This document shows positions 24,887 to 39,800 of a stretch of DNA of 64,000 nt, piece by piece. This stretch comes from Candidatus Omnitrophota bacterium (GTDB lineage Bacteria; Omnitrophota; Gorgyraeia; Gygaellales; Profunditerraquicolaceae). Each line of letters opens with the position of its first letter. Position 1 is the first letter of the stretch. Made by a program: the position numbers and the translations under genes. The stretch is from NCBI GenBank assembly GCA_022710715.1, contig JAKLGJ010000001.1, forward strand, positions 42,041-106,040, given 5' to 3'. The notes beneath the pieces are model-generated. The model ran no database searches, had not been told where the DNA came from, and saw only the letters and a program-made list of their open reading frames with translations.

Positions 24887-27800
24887 AAAGACTATTATTT
24901 CGAGAACGAGCTTTGCGGCGATCGGTTTGGTTTTCGGTTTATTCTTGAGCCTGTTCTTCGCATTGCCGGAGGCCTCGGCGGTCCAGATCAAGAAGGTCCA
25001 GACCGGCGACGTCTATTTCGACACGGACGACATTTCCCAGACCGTGCCTATCCAGGCGGTGGACCAGACCAAGACGCTTATCCTGGTCTATCCCAATGTG
25101 GATTACAATACCAGCAACTACATCTATAATTCGCTGTTTACCGTGCAGTTCGAAGCGGATAACAGTATCGTGCTTAACCGCGACGGCGCCAACACCGGCG
25201 CGTATGTGCGTTATTATATCATTGAATTCACCGACGGCGTTTTCGTGCAGCGGGGGATCAGCTCTTTTATCTACGGCAACTATAATAACACCGCGTACCG
25301 GATCAAGGAAGTGATCCTACCGACTTCCATCGACCCGGAAAAGTCTTTTGCCGTGGTTAATACTCGTTTCAACTACACTTCAAGCGCCTATGATGAAATG
25401 ACCCTGGTCACCGGAGAAATATTCGATGAAGATACGATGATCCTGGAGAGGAGCTCTTCCTATGACGCCAACAGGACGGTGAACATCGTCTGGCAGGTGG
25501 TGGAATTCCAGACCGACGCGATCGTGCAGTCCGGCAACCTGACCATGCCCTGGAACGCAACGTCCGCCACGGTTTCGCTGACCGACGATCCCACCGATGG
25601 GACGTTCAGCAACCTGGACTATATTCCCGCGGGCAAAACCGACAAATGCTGGCTGTTCTATCAGACCCGCGCCCGAGCCAATATCAACGGCGTGGAAGGC
25701 CGCTACGCCATCCGCGGCGATATCAGCGCGGAAAACCAGTTGACCTTTACCCGGGCCCAGGGCGACGGTACGACGGTCAACGACGAAAACTATATCCGCT
25801 GGTATCTCATTCGTTTTACCGATGAAAGCACCAAAGTCCAGAAAGATTCAGTGACAGTCGCCGCAGCGAGCGATCTGGCCATGGAAACTATTCCTACGGC
25901 GGTCGATCCTTCGCGCGCTTTCCCGTTTATCGGGGTTTCCGGTCAGGCTAATACCACGGCCACGTATGAGGACGATATCAGGTTCCAGCCGGAATTCAAC
26001 GTAGCCAAAGGCGTGGCTTTTCAGCCTGACGGGACTACGCCGGCGATCTGGGTTGCCGGGTTCCATTCCAATAAAGTGTACAAGTTCAATGCGGATACCG
26101 GCGCGTATATCACTTCAGTCACCGTCGGCACCGAACCGGTGGCAGTCTGCTACGATTCCGAGAACGACGCCATCTGGGTGGCCAATTACGGCTCGAATAA
26201 CGTGACCAGGATCAATGCCGATAACGCCACGGTAGACGGCACGGTGGCAGTTGGTACCGGCCCTACGGATATCTGTTTCGAAACGATCACTAACTCCGTC
26301 TGGACCGCCAATTATGTTTCCGCCACGACCGGATCCGTGAGCAAAGTAGACGCTTCGGCGATGACTTTGACCAGCACCGGCACCGCCACCTACGGCCCCA
26401 CCAGCATCTGCTGGGACCAGAGTAATAATTATATATGGATCTGTTACTGGACAGGCACTAATACCGTCCAGCTGGGTTACTGGACCTGCGCGGATAATGA
26501 TTTGAGCAACGGCCTGACTGCCCGCGATATCGGCAACGGTTCTCAAGCCTATACCTGTATCCGCTACGCGCCCACCAACGGCATTGATGGACAGACTTAT
26601 AACAGTATCTGGGTGGCATCTTTGCGTTATAATTTCGTGATGAAGATCCGCTGCAATGCTCTGGGCACCTATTATCAGTATTATCCCGAACTGGCGCCCA
26701 GCGGCATGACCTGGGATCCTACTACCAACCGCATGTGGATTGCAAATTACGCGTCCAATAAGCTTACCAAGATGAAATCATCCGACGGTACGTCTGACGA
26801 AACCAACCCGGACACCGACACCAATCCTTTCTCGGTGTGCTACGCTGCGACCGCAACGCCGTATATCTGGGTTTCCAACGCTTCCGCCCGCACTCTGCAG
26901 AGATTCGATCCGACCGACAGTTCAAATGAAGGGACGTTCGCCATCAGCACCTCTGAAGATCAGCTGGCTCTCAAAAGAGCCAATACTGCCAATTCCAGCG
27001 ATATCAACTGGCAGGTCATCGAATTCGCGCCGATCACCGTGAAAAGCCCTAACGGCGGCGAAGTATGGCACGTGGGAGCGGATCCGGCGGATACCACCAT
27101 TACCTGGAAGCACGCGGATTCCCTGGCCGGATCGACCGTGGATATCCTGCTTTCTCAAAACGGAGGGACCACCTATCCGTTGACTATCACCACCGGAGTC
27201 AATGCTACCGCGGATGCGTTCGCCTGGACTATCGACAACGTCGAAGACGGCGCGAATCCTCTGCAGGACGACCTGCGGGTGAGGATCATCAAGACCGGCA
27301 CTACCACTACCGACCGGCAGTACGACGATTCCAACGGGAATTTCGAGATCAAAGGGACCATTGCGGTTACCCAGCCTAACGGCGGGCAGACCGATTGGTA
27401 CGTGGGGGATAAGGATAAGAAGATACAGTGGAGCAAGACCGGTGACTTCGATCCGGCCCACGATGCCGACTACAGTTTTAATATCTATCTTTCCGAGGAC
27501 GGAGGGGACAATTACAATTATACCGTAGTTACCGGCCTGCTTCAGGCGGATGTAGCCTGCGGCGTTGCGGACGATACCTGCGAGTGGACCTGGGATGAGA
27601 GCAATAACGGGATCCCGGACAAAATCGGCGCCGATCGTAAGATCAAGGTAGCCCTGAACGGGGAAGAATCTGCGGTCAATGACGTTTCGGACGCGGTTTT
27701 CTCCATTCGCGGCGTGGTTACCCTCACCGCGCCTAACGGCGGGCAGACCTGGCTGGCGACCGAATCCAACGATATCACCTGGACCAAGAAAGGTTCCATT

Positions 27801-30800
27801 GCGTCTTTTACCTTGAAATACTCTTTGAACAGCGGCGCGGATTATCTCGCGACTATCGACAGCAGCGTGGATGCGGCTACGTATTGTACCGGAGATACCT
27901 GCACCTATCCCTGGAATCCCACTCCAGAAGCGGCTATCGGCACTGCGGTGCGCATTAAAGTGATCAGCAATGAAGCGGTCGGTCTGCAGGTGGAAGATGC
28001 TTCGGACGCCAATCTCACCATCGCGGCTTCCGTGCAGCTGGATACGCCTACCGGCGTGGACGTCTGGACGGCTACCGAAGGAGCGGATATCACCTGGACC
28101 GTGCACGGCGTGATGGATTACGTGCATTTGTGGTGGTCGGCGGATAACGGGGTGAGCTGGACCCGGATCACCGGCGACGCGGGCACGGCTGCCGCAGCAG
28201 GCAGCTATCACTGGAACAGCGTGGCTGAAGGCCTGGTGGGCACTACCTGCAGGATCTGCGTTTCCAAGCGCAACGGTTCCGGAGAGACCGAGCCTTCGAC
28301 GGTCAAATCGGTTTCCGCGGCCTTTGTCTCGCGCGGCAAGCTGATTCTCTCGAGTTTCGACGGCGGCGAAATGTTCCTGGCCGGCTCCGCCCAGAATATC
28401 ACCTGGGACGCCAAAGGCATCGGGCTGGGCAATGTGCGCATTTATTATGCGGCGGACGGATCGGATTTCAGCAGCCTGCTGACGGATTCCACGCCTGCTT
28501 CCGATGAAACCTTCCCCTGGCCGGCGCTGCCTTTGACCACGACCAATACCGGCAAAGTCAAGATCGAGCTGTTCAACGAACCTCTGGTTAACGACACTTC
28601 GGCCGGCGCCTTCATTATCGGGACCCTGGTCATTACCACGCCGGACGGCGACGAAAGCTGGACCGTGGATGCCAGCGAAAATATCGTCTGGGATTCGGTG
28701 AAGTTCACCGGTAACGCGCACATCTATTACAGCGACGACGGCGGCACGGATAATTATCCGCATTCGATCACCACCGTTCCGGTCGCGCTTTCCGAAGAGA
28801 TCAAATCCTGGACCATTCCCGACGCCATCGGCACGAACCTGAAAGTCAAGATCGTTTCCGTGGATGCGCCGGCAGTGTTTGCGGTATCCCCGGGCACATT
28901 CGTCATCAAAGGCGGCTTCAATGTGAGCACGCCTGCGGGCACGGATAAATGGGAAGTGGGTACCCAGCATAACCTGGACTGGGTGACGCACGGCACGATC
29001 AATAACGTCGATCTGTACTGGAATACCAATAACGGCGCCTGGACCCAGTTCGGCAACGATCTTTCCAACGGTATCGGCTATGCCAACTGGACGGTTCCCG
29101 ACGCCATCGGGATCAACACCAAGATCAAGGTGACCAATGCCGACGGCACGGTTTCCGCGGAGTCCGCGGCGTTCACGGTCAAAGGTAAACTGCAGGTGAC
29201 CGCGCCGGTTTCCGGCGACGTCTGGTATAAAGGCGACACCAACCGGGTAGTTAGCTGGTTTGCCTGGGGCACGGTGACCAATGTCAAGATAGAGTACAAG
29301 ACTTCATTGGCCGGCGGGTATACCACGATCGTGGCCAATGATCCCAGTCATACTGCGGGCAATAACTCTTATACCTGGGCGGCAGGCGTGGCGGACGAGA
29401 AATCCGAAACGTGCTACATTCGTGTTTCCGATGCCAATAACGCCGAAGTGGAAGCGGTTTCCGATGCGTTCTCCATCCGGCCGAAGATCACGGTCAGCGC
29501 TCCGGTGGTCGGGACCGATTTCACCGTGGGTTCGGATAATGCCAATGCCGTGCAGTGGAGCATCAACGGCTCGACCAAAGTCAGCACGGTCAACGTGGTC
29601 TACAGCACTGCCGGCGCAGGCGGCCCGTTCGATAAGACCATCGCTTCCGGCGTCACTGCAGGCGACGGGCAATGTAACTGGGACGATGTCGGCGATTATA
29701 TCGGCAATAACGTGGTGGTGCGCGTGGTGGATACCGGCAACAGCAATGTCTGGGGCAATTCCGGCGTCCTGGGTATCAAAGGCAGCATCACCCTTTCCCA
29801 GCCGGTGGGCAGCGAAGACTGGAAAGTGGGAGAGACTACTCATAATATCGTCTGGGGCAAGACCGGAACCATCGGCACGGTGAAGATCTACGCGGATTAC
29901 GGCTCCGGATACGAAGCTGTCCCTGTGGGAACTGCGGATGCCGAAGCAGTCAGCCTCTGGAACTGGACTCCTATCCCGGACCATGTCTCCAATACGGTCA
30001 AAGTCAAGATCACCGACGGCGATAACGAGGCCAAGACCTTTATCGAATCCAACGTATTCCATATTGTCGGCGGTTTCACCATCTCTCAACCCGGAACCCT
30101 GTACGCCACCGATCCGTATACCATCAGCTGGACTGCTTCCGCTTCCGGTATTTCCAAGGTCAAAATAGATTTTTATAACGGCACCAGTTGGTCGCCCGTG
30201 GCTACCGACGTGAATAACGACGGCACCAACGGCGGTTCGTACGCCTGGACTGTGCCCGCGAACACCGATTCCACCGCCTGCAAGCTGCGCGTGACCTCTA
30301 CCACTCCGGATCAGCCGGCTTCCGCATCGGAAACCGCGGCGTTCACGGTCAAGGTGGGCAAGTTTACCGTTTCCCAGCCCAATACCCTGATCACCGGCGA
30401 TGCGTACACCGTTTCCTGGACCAGCGAGGCAGCCGGCGTTTCCAAGGTCAAGATCGAGTTCTATAACGGATCGGGCTGGTCGGATATCGCTACCAACCAG
30501 GATAATAGCGGCGTTGCCGGCGGTTCGTACGGGTGGACTGTGCCCGGGACCACCAATTCCGCGGCGTGTAAACTCCGGGTTACCGCCACTACACCCGCTC
30601 AAGCCGGGTCCGCTTCCGAAACCAACGCGTTCTGGGTGCACGGCAAGATCGAATTCACCGGCGTGACCACTCCTTCTCCGACTGTGGGAGAGATGTGGAC
30701 CGTGGGTCAGAGCGAGGATATCAATTTCAAGATCACCGGAAAGATCGACAACGTGGATATTCTTTACTCCAAGACCGGCGGAGAGCCGTATTCCTATCCC

Positions 30801-33800
30801 GTCACTTCCGGTTTGGCGGTGAGCTCCGGGGAGAACTCTCATTCCTGGAGTATTCCCACCAACCAGGATATATTGACCAAGACCCAGGCCCGGATCAAGA
30901 TCCAGGATTCCCTGCAGACTACCGTAGTGGCGCAATCGCCTCTGTTCGGGATCAAGGGAACGATCAGCGTTACTGCTCCCGTGGCCAGCGATATCTTCAC
31001 CTATGGCGGAGCTCCCACCAATATCACCTGGACCTATGCCGGTTTGATCCAGAATGTCAAAATGTCCTATTCCACCAACGGTTTGACCTATGATTTTACC
31101 ATCAACAGCGGTAATGCCGTGGCGGTAACGCCGTCGAGCTTCGCCTGGTCCATTCCCGACAAGATCCTGGGGGACGTGGTATCGGTAAAGGTCGAAGACG
31201 CGGATAACGATCAATGTTACGGCGTGTCCGGCACGTTCGAGATCGTCGGGCAGCTTACCCTGGTGGCTCCGGTAGGCGGAGAGAAGTGGTCGGTGGGTTC
31301 CACCCAGAATATACTCTGGACGCCCACGGGCACGTTCACCACCGTACGCATCGAAGCTTCAGCCGATGACTTCACCTCGCATATGCTCGACATCACCCGT
31401 CCTGCCGGCGCAACCGGCGTGCAGCAGAGTTACGGATGGGTCATTCCCAGCACTTTGAGCAACACGATGAAAGTGCGCGTCAGCGATCCGGATCACCATC
31501 CGGAAACGGTCAAAGACGTCTCCGACGCTACCTTTAAGATCCTGGGTTCCCTGGACGTGACTGCTCCGGAAGCCGGCCAGGCCTGGTATAAAGGCGAAAC
31601 GAACAAAGTGATCAGCTGGGATGCTTTCGGCACGGTAACCAATGTCAAGATCGAGTATAAGACTTCCGGCGGCGGCGCGTACACCACCATAGTGGCCAAT
31701 GACGGCAGCCATACTGCCGGCCCGAATACCTACACCTGGTCAGCGGGTGTAGCGGACGAAAATTCCGAAACCTGTTATATCCGCGTATCCGACGCCACTA
31801 ACTATGACGACGTATACAGCGTTTCCGCCGCGCCGTTTTCCATCCGGCCGGTGATCTCGGTCACTCATCCGCTGGTAGGCAGCAATATCGCGGTTGCCGC
31901 CAGTTACGCCAACGCGGTGAAATGGAGCCTCAACGGCTCGACCAAGGTCAGCAATGTGGACATCGTTTATTCCACCAACGGCACCGCCGGTCCGTTCGAT
32001 AAGACCATCGCCACCAGCGTAGAAGCTGCGCTGGGCCAGAAAGACTGGAATATCGTCAGCGATACCATCAGCGGCAACGTGGTGGTCAAGGTCATGGACA
32101 GCACCAATAACGCCGCGTTCGGTTATTCGCCGGTGTTCAATATCGTCGGCCAGATCGCGGTGCAGCAGCCTGCGGCCGGCGTGGACTGGTTTGTCGGCGC
32201 CACGGACAAGAACATCACCTGGACCAAGCAGGGGACCATCGGCACGGTCAATATCTATGCCGATTACAATGACGCGCAGGGATACCAGTCTATCGCCACC
32301 GGCGTGGATTCCGCAACGGGGTTATGGAACTGGCCCGCTATTCCCGATAAAGTCAATAACGCGGTAAAAGTCAAAGTCACCGACGCGGATAACGAAGCGG
32401 TTGTTTTCGGGGAATCCGCGGCATTCCATATCGCGGCTACTTTTGCGGTGACCGCTCCGGTTAACGGCAATGTCTGGAAGATCGGCGAGTCAAAATCGAT
32501 CACCTGGACCTGCGCCGGAACCGCGGTGAGCACGGTCAAGCTGGAATATTCCACCAACGGTTTTGTCAACGAAACCGCGACGGTCCTGATCGCCGCCGCC
32601 GCGCCGAACACCCTGACCTATTCCTGGCCGATTCCCGATGCTATTACTACCTCGGGTAAAGTGCGCGTATCCGATCCGGCGAACAGCAACGCCAATGCGC
32701 TGTCCGGCGGTCTGTTCAGCATTATGGGTACCTTGACCGTGACCAGCCCCAACGCCGGCACGGAATCCTGGGATGTGGGCTCGACGTATCCGGTGACCTG
32801 GACCAAGACCGGGTCTATTCCCACCATAGATGTGTATTATTCGCATAATAACGGCACCGACTGGGCCAAAGTCAATACGGTCGCCATCAACGCGGCTTTA
32901 GGGACCTGGAACTGGGCTATAGATGAAGCTACGGAATTGACCTCCGGGAAATCCGGTCTGGTCAGAGTGATGGATACCAGCTATGGCACCGTTTATGATG
33001 ACAGCAATCTGCCGTTCGAGCTCAAGGGGCAGGTGACGGTGAACACTCCTTCTTTGAACAATATCTCTATGCTCGTGGGAGACGCCTATAACATCACCTG
33101 GACCAAATACGGAGCGGTGAATAACGTGCAGCTGCATTATTCCATTAACGGCGGTATCGGCGGCGGCGGCAGTTACCTGGCCCCGAACCTGATCGCTACC
33201 GTAGTCTCGGAACCTTCGAGTTACTCCTGGACCGTTCCTGATGCTATCGGCACCAATTTGAGAGTCAGAGTGCGCGACGCGGCCAACGCCAATGTCTGGG
33301 ATGAATCCAACAATCCCTTCACCATCAGGGGCAAGGTGCACGTCGATTATCCCAACGGCGGAGAGACCTTCCTGGTCGGCGAGACCAAACAGGTTAAATG
33401 GACCCCCACCGGCACCTATTCGCAGGTGAAGCTGGAATATTCCACCAACGCTTTTGCCGATGAATCGCAGACTGTTGTCGTGGGCACGGTGGGTGCTGGC
33501 GACACCGGCGAGCAGCAAAGCTATGACTGGACCGTTCCCGACAAGATCTCCACCAGTTTGAAGATGCGTATTTCCGACGCCAACGACGCGTTGGTCAGCG
33601 ACGTCAGCGACGCCACTTTCACCATAAAGGGAGCATTGACTTTGACCAGCCCGACTACCGGGGTGACCTGGATCGTGGGCGAATCGCAGAATATCACCTG
33701 GACCCGCAACGGTTCTGTGGCTCTGGTGAAACTGGAATACTCCACTGACGGCGGCGGCAACTATACCCAGACTATCGCGGAAAACGTGGCCGGCGGTTCC

Positions 33801-36800
33801 AGTCCCTATCCCTGGACCATTCCCGACGCCATCGACAGCGATATCCGCGTGCGCGTCAGCGATATGAGCGACGGGACCGTCAAGTCAGAATCGGGCGATT
33901 TCACCATCAAGGGCAAGCTTACCCTGACTGCGCCTAACGGCGGGGAAGTCTTGACTGTGGACGATAATTTCGACATTACCTGGACCCGGGCGGGAAGTAT
34001 CGCCAATGTCAAGCTGGAATACTCCACCAACGGCTTCTCCAGCGAAGCCGAAACCGTGGAAATCGTGGCTTCCACCAATGCTACCGGAACGCCTCCGGCC
34101 AGCTATAAATACACCTGGGCTGTTCCCGACGCGATCGACGCCTCGGTAAAGGTGCGTATTTCCAACGCCGCGGATCCCACGGTTACCGACGTCTCCAATA
34201 ACCTGTTCAAGATCCAGGGTTCTTTCACCCTGACCGCTCCTAACGGCGCGGAGAAGTGGTCGGTGGGCAGCGGCCAGTCCGTGACCTGGACCAAACACGG
34301 CAGCATTGTCAATGCCAAGCTGGAATTGTCCAAAAATTCCGGTTCCTCCTATCCGATCATCATCACCAACTCTACTCCTGCCGGCGGTTTGAGCTACAGC
34401 TGGACTATTCCCGACCAGATCGCCACGCAGTGCCGGGTCAGGATCTCCGACGCGGACGACGCGACGGTCCTGGACGCCTCGAACGCGGATTTCGTGATCA
34501 TGGGTACCTTTACCGTGACTGCGCCCAACGGCAGCGAGGTCTGGGTGGTGAATACCCAGCAGAACATCGCCTGGTCGGTAGTGGGTACTGTTTCCAACGT
34601 CAAACTTTCCTACTCCACCGACGGCGGAGGGACGTATCCTCACGTGATCATCGCCAGCACGGAAAACAGCAGCCCGTACAACTGGACCATTCCCGACGCT
34701 ATTTACAATACCTGCAGGGTGCGCGTGGCTGACGCGGCCAATGACGACGCCTTCGACATTTCCAACGGGAACTTCAAGATCAAAGGCGTCCTGACCGTGG
34801 TTTCTCCCAACGGCACGGAAGTCTGGCCGATCAATTCCGGACATAACATTACCTGGAGCCGGGTCGGTTCCGTAGCCAACGTCAAGATCGAGTATTCCAC
34901 CAACGGTTTCACCGATGAATTGCAGACCTACACCATCATCGCTTCCACGCCCGGAGTGGATTTGAGCTATCTCTGGACGGTGGAAGATACCCCGAGTTCG
35001 AACTGCAAAGTGCGTATTACCGATGTGACCGACGCGACCGTTTTCGATGTTTCCAACGCCGCTTTCCGCATCACCGGTAACCTGACCGTGACCTATCCCA
35101 ACGGCGGGGAAGAGCTGATCGTCAATGAAGTGAAAAATATCACCTGGACCAAATTCGGTTCGATCGCCAGTGTCAAAGTGCAGTATTCCACCGACGGCGG
35201 CAGCACCTATCCCGTGGGCAAGGTGATCATCGCTTCCACTTCCGCGTCTAACTTGAGCTATTCCTGGACGCTGCCGGACGATATCTCCAGCCAGTGCCGG
35301 GTCAAGATCTCCGACGTGGGCGATGATTCGGTCGCCGACCAGTCCGACGCCAATTTCACCATCAAAGGTTCGGTCACCCTGACCGCTCCCAACGGCGGGC
35401 AGAACTGGATCGTGGGCGCCAACGAAGACATCACCTGGACCCGTAACGGTTCGTTTGCCAACGTCAAACTCGAATATTCCATCGACAATTTCACCACCCC
35501 GGTGGTGATCACCGCGTCCACCAATGCCACCGGTACGCCGGCAGATACCTATAAATATACCTGGTCGGTTGCGGACGCCATTTCCACCAATGTCAAGGTG
35601 CGCATTTCCGACGCATTGAATTCCTCGGTGAGCGACGTTTCCGACGCCGCATTTACCATCAAGGGCGCTTTGTCTCTGACCAGCCCGACTACCGCGGTGA
35701 CCTGGCTGGTAGGAGAGAGCCGTAACATTACCTGGACCAGGACCGGTTCCATCGCCAACGTCAAACTCGAATATTCCATTAACGGCGGCGGCGCCTATCC
35801 CAACGTGATCATCGCTTCCACGCCTGCCGGTACGGGTTCCTACGGCTGGACGGTCGCCGACGCCATCGGCGGCGATGTGCGGGTGAGGGTTTCCGACGCG
35901 CTCGACGCTACGGTGAAGGATGAATCCGACGTCAGCTTTACCATCAAGGGGGTGCTTACGCTGACCGCTCCCAATACCAGCGTCAGCCTGGTGGTGGATG
36001 ATCCGTATACGATCACCTGGACCAGGGCCGGAAGCATCTCCACGGTCAAGCTCGAGTATTCCACCAACGCTTTTGCCGATGAAGCCCAGGTCACGGTTAT
36101 CGCCGCATCGACCGACGCTACTACCGGCTCCTATGCCTGGACCGTTCCCGACGCCATCGGTACGACTTTGAAAGTGCGCGTGACCAACACCGCCGACGAT
36201 ACGGTCAAGGATGTTTCGGATACCACCTTCAGTATTATCGGATCCGTGCTCCTGACCGCGCCCAACGGTACGGAACAATGGGTGGTCGGCGATGAGAACA
36301 ATGTGACCTGGACCAAGCACGGTTCGATCACGGCGGTCAAACTGGAATTGTCCAAGGACGGCGGCACGACCTGGCCGGTCTCGATCACCAATTCCACGCC
36401 TGGCGGCGGCTTGAGCTATGCCTGGACCATTCCCGACCAGATATCCACACAGTGCCGGGTGAGGATTTCCGATACTTCCAACGTCAACGTGGTTGATACC
36501 TCCGACGCCAATTTCGCCATTCGCGGCGGGTTCACCGTGACCAGCCCTACTACCGGTTCGGAAGTCTGGGTGGTAGCCGAGGTGCATGACATTACCTGGA
36601 GCTCCAACGGCACTATTTCCAACGTCAAGCTCGATTATTCCACCAACGGCGGCACGACCTACGATTACACTATCATCGCTTCTACTCCGAACACCAACTC
36701 CTATTCCTGGACCATTCCCGACGCCATCGCCATTACCTGCAAGGTCAGGGTTTCGGACGCCTCCAACGCCAACGCTTTCGACGAATCCAACAATAATTTC

Positions 36801-39800
36801 AAGATCAAAGGCGCTTTGCGCGTGACCAGCCCCAACGCGGGTACGGAATCCTGGAGCGTCGGATACAGCCATCCGATCACCTGGGAACGGACCGGTCAGG
36901 TGCAGTCGATCAATATTTATTATTCCGCCAACGCCGGCGGTGACTGGACCAAGATCAACGGCGCGGTAGTAGACGCGGCTCTGGGCACCTGGTCCTGGGA
37001 TATGTCTGCCGATACCGAATTGTCCACTACGGCGTTGATCCGGATTATCGACGCTTCCGATGCTACGGTCACCGACACTTCGAACAATCAGTTCACGGTA
37101 AAGGGTGGCTTGCGCGTGGAAACACCCAGCGCTGCCGGGATTTCCCTGCAGGTAGGTAACAGCTATAACATTACCTGGTCGAAATTCGGCAACATCGCCC
37201 AGGTCAAGATACATTATTCCACCAACGGCGGCGATATCGGTGAAGGCACCTATCCGGATCCGGCCAATCTTATCGCCATTGTCGACGCGGACGAGCTGGA
37301 ATCTCTCTGGGCGGTGCCCGACCGCATCGGCACCAATCTGCGCATCCGCGTGATGCAGTCGGATAACGCCAATGTCTGGGATGAATCCGATAACGCCTTC
37401 GAGATCAAAGGCAAGCTGCAGGTCTTGCAGCCTAACGGCGGAGAGATCTGGTTCGTGGGTGACGCCAACGATCTGCAATGGCGGCCGTACGGTACGTTCA
37501 CTTCGCAGGTGAAACTGGAATATTCCACCAACGGTTTTGCCAACGAAGCCGCAACCACCCTGATCGCTACGGTTCCCGCGGGCGCCAGCGAAGGGACCAG
37601 CACCTACAGCTGGACCATTCCCAACGCCATCGGCAGCGGCCTGAAGGTCAGGACTACCGACGCCAATAACGCCACGGTTACCGATGTTTCCGACAGCACC
37701 TTTACCATCAAAGGTAAACTTCTGCTGCAGACGCCTAACGGCGGAGAGACCTGGGTGGTGGGTACCGTTCAGAATATCACCTGGCAGACCACTGGAACCA
37801 TCGCCAATGTGAAGCTGGAATATTCCATTAACAACGGCGCGACCTATCCCAATGTCATCGTGGCTTCCACCGACGGATCTACGGGCAGCTACCCCTGGAC
37901 CATTCCCAGCGCTATTGGTACCAACCTGCGCGTGCGCATTTCCGATGTTTCCGACGCCACAGTCGAAGATGTTTCCAACGCCACCTTTACCGTCAAAGGC
38001 GCATTACTTCTGACCGCGCCTAACGGAGCGGAAGCCTGGCAGATCGGCTCCACGCATAACATCACCTGGACCCGCACCGGCGCCATCGCCAACGTCAAAC
38101 TGTCGCTTTCCATCGACGGTATTACCTATCCGACGACCATCGTCGCCACTACCGACGCTTCCACCGGTAGCTATGCGTGGCTGATCCCGGATAACCCGGG
38201 CAATACCACCAAAGTCAAGGTGGAGGATGTTTCCGACAGCACGGTATTCGATATTTCCGACGCTAACTTCAAGATCATCGGTTCGTTCACCCTTACCGAA
38301 CCTAACGGCGGCGAGGCCTTCGGCATCGGGACCAACAGGTATGTCCGCTGGACCAAGACCGGTTCCATCGCCAACGCCAAAATACAGTATTCCACCAACG
38401 GCGGCGCCAACTATGACAATACCATCATCGCTTCCACGCCTGCCGGCGGTCTGGAATATGAATGGACCGTTGCGGACACTCCGACCACTACCGCCAGAGT
38501 GAAGATCTCCGACGCATCCGACGTGACCGTATTCGATACCTCGGACGCCAATTTCCGGATCCAGGGCGTGTTCGGCGTGACTGCGCCCAACGGTTCGGAA
38601 GTTCTGACCGTGGGCGGAACGCAGACCATTACCTGGAGCTGCGTGGGCTCGGTCACCAACGTCAAGCTGCAGTATTCCACTAATGGCGGCTCCACCTACG
38701 ATTACACTATCGCAGATTCCATCGCCAACTCGCTGGAATATTCCTGGACCGTGCCGGATTCCATTTCCACACAGGTGCGCGTGCGGGTGGCGGATGTCAA
38801 CGACGATACCGCAGCCGACGCCTCCAACGGTAATTTCAAGATCAAGGGCGCGGTGCTTTTGACCAGCCCCAACGGTACCGAGAACTGGATCGTGGGTTCG
38901 TCGCATGATATCACCTGGACCCGTACGGGTTCCGTGGCGACGGTGCGCCTGGACTATTCCAAGAACGGCGGCTCTACTTATGTCGACGCCATCACCGCTT
39001 CAGTGAACGGCACCGGCGATCCGGCAGGAACCTATAAGTATGCCTGGACTATTCCCGACGCCATCGGCACCCAGTTGAGAGTCAGGATCATGGATACCTC
39101 GGATTCCACGGTGCTCGACCAGTCCGACGCCAATTTCAACATCAAAGGCGCTCTGACCGTGACCAGCCCGAACGGCGGCCAGAACTGGATCGTATCTTCG
39201 GCGTACCCGATCACCTGGACCAGGACCGGCGCCATCGCCGCGGTCAAAATCGACTATTCCAAGAACTCCGGATCCACCTTCCCTAACCCAGTGGTCGCTT
39301 CTACCGACGCTTCCACCGGTACCTATAGCTGGACTATCCCGGATGATCTGTCTACGGCAGTGAGAGTGCGGGTGATGGACGCCGCGGACAGCTCGGTATT
39401 CGACGCGTCCGACGCGGATTTCGCCATCGGCGGCGCGGTTACCCTGAACGCGCCTAACGGCGGACAGATCTGGTATGTCGGCGCGGCGCAGAACGTTACC
39501 TGGACCCGTTTCGGCTCTATCCCGCAGGTGAAACTGGAGTATTCCATCAACGGCGGGTTCAGCTACACTAATACGATCATCGCGGCTACGGACGCAGCGG
39601 CGCAAACCTATGCCTGGGCAGTGGCCGACGCTATCGGCGACCAGGTCAGGGTGCGCGTTACCGATACCACCAACGCCGCAGTTACCGACGAGTCCGATGC
39701 CAATTTCACCATCAAGGGTATTCTGTTGTTGACTTCGCCTAACGGCGCGGAAACCTGGATCGTGGGCGAAGCCCGCAACGTGGTCTGGTCCCGCACCGGC

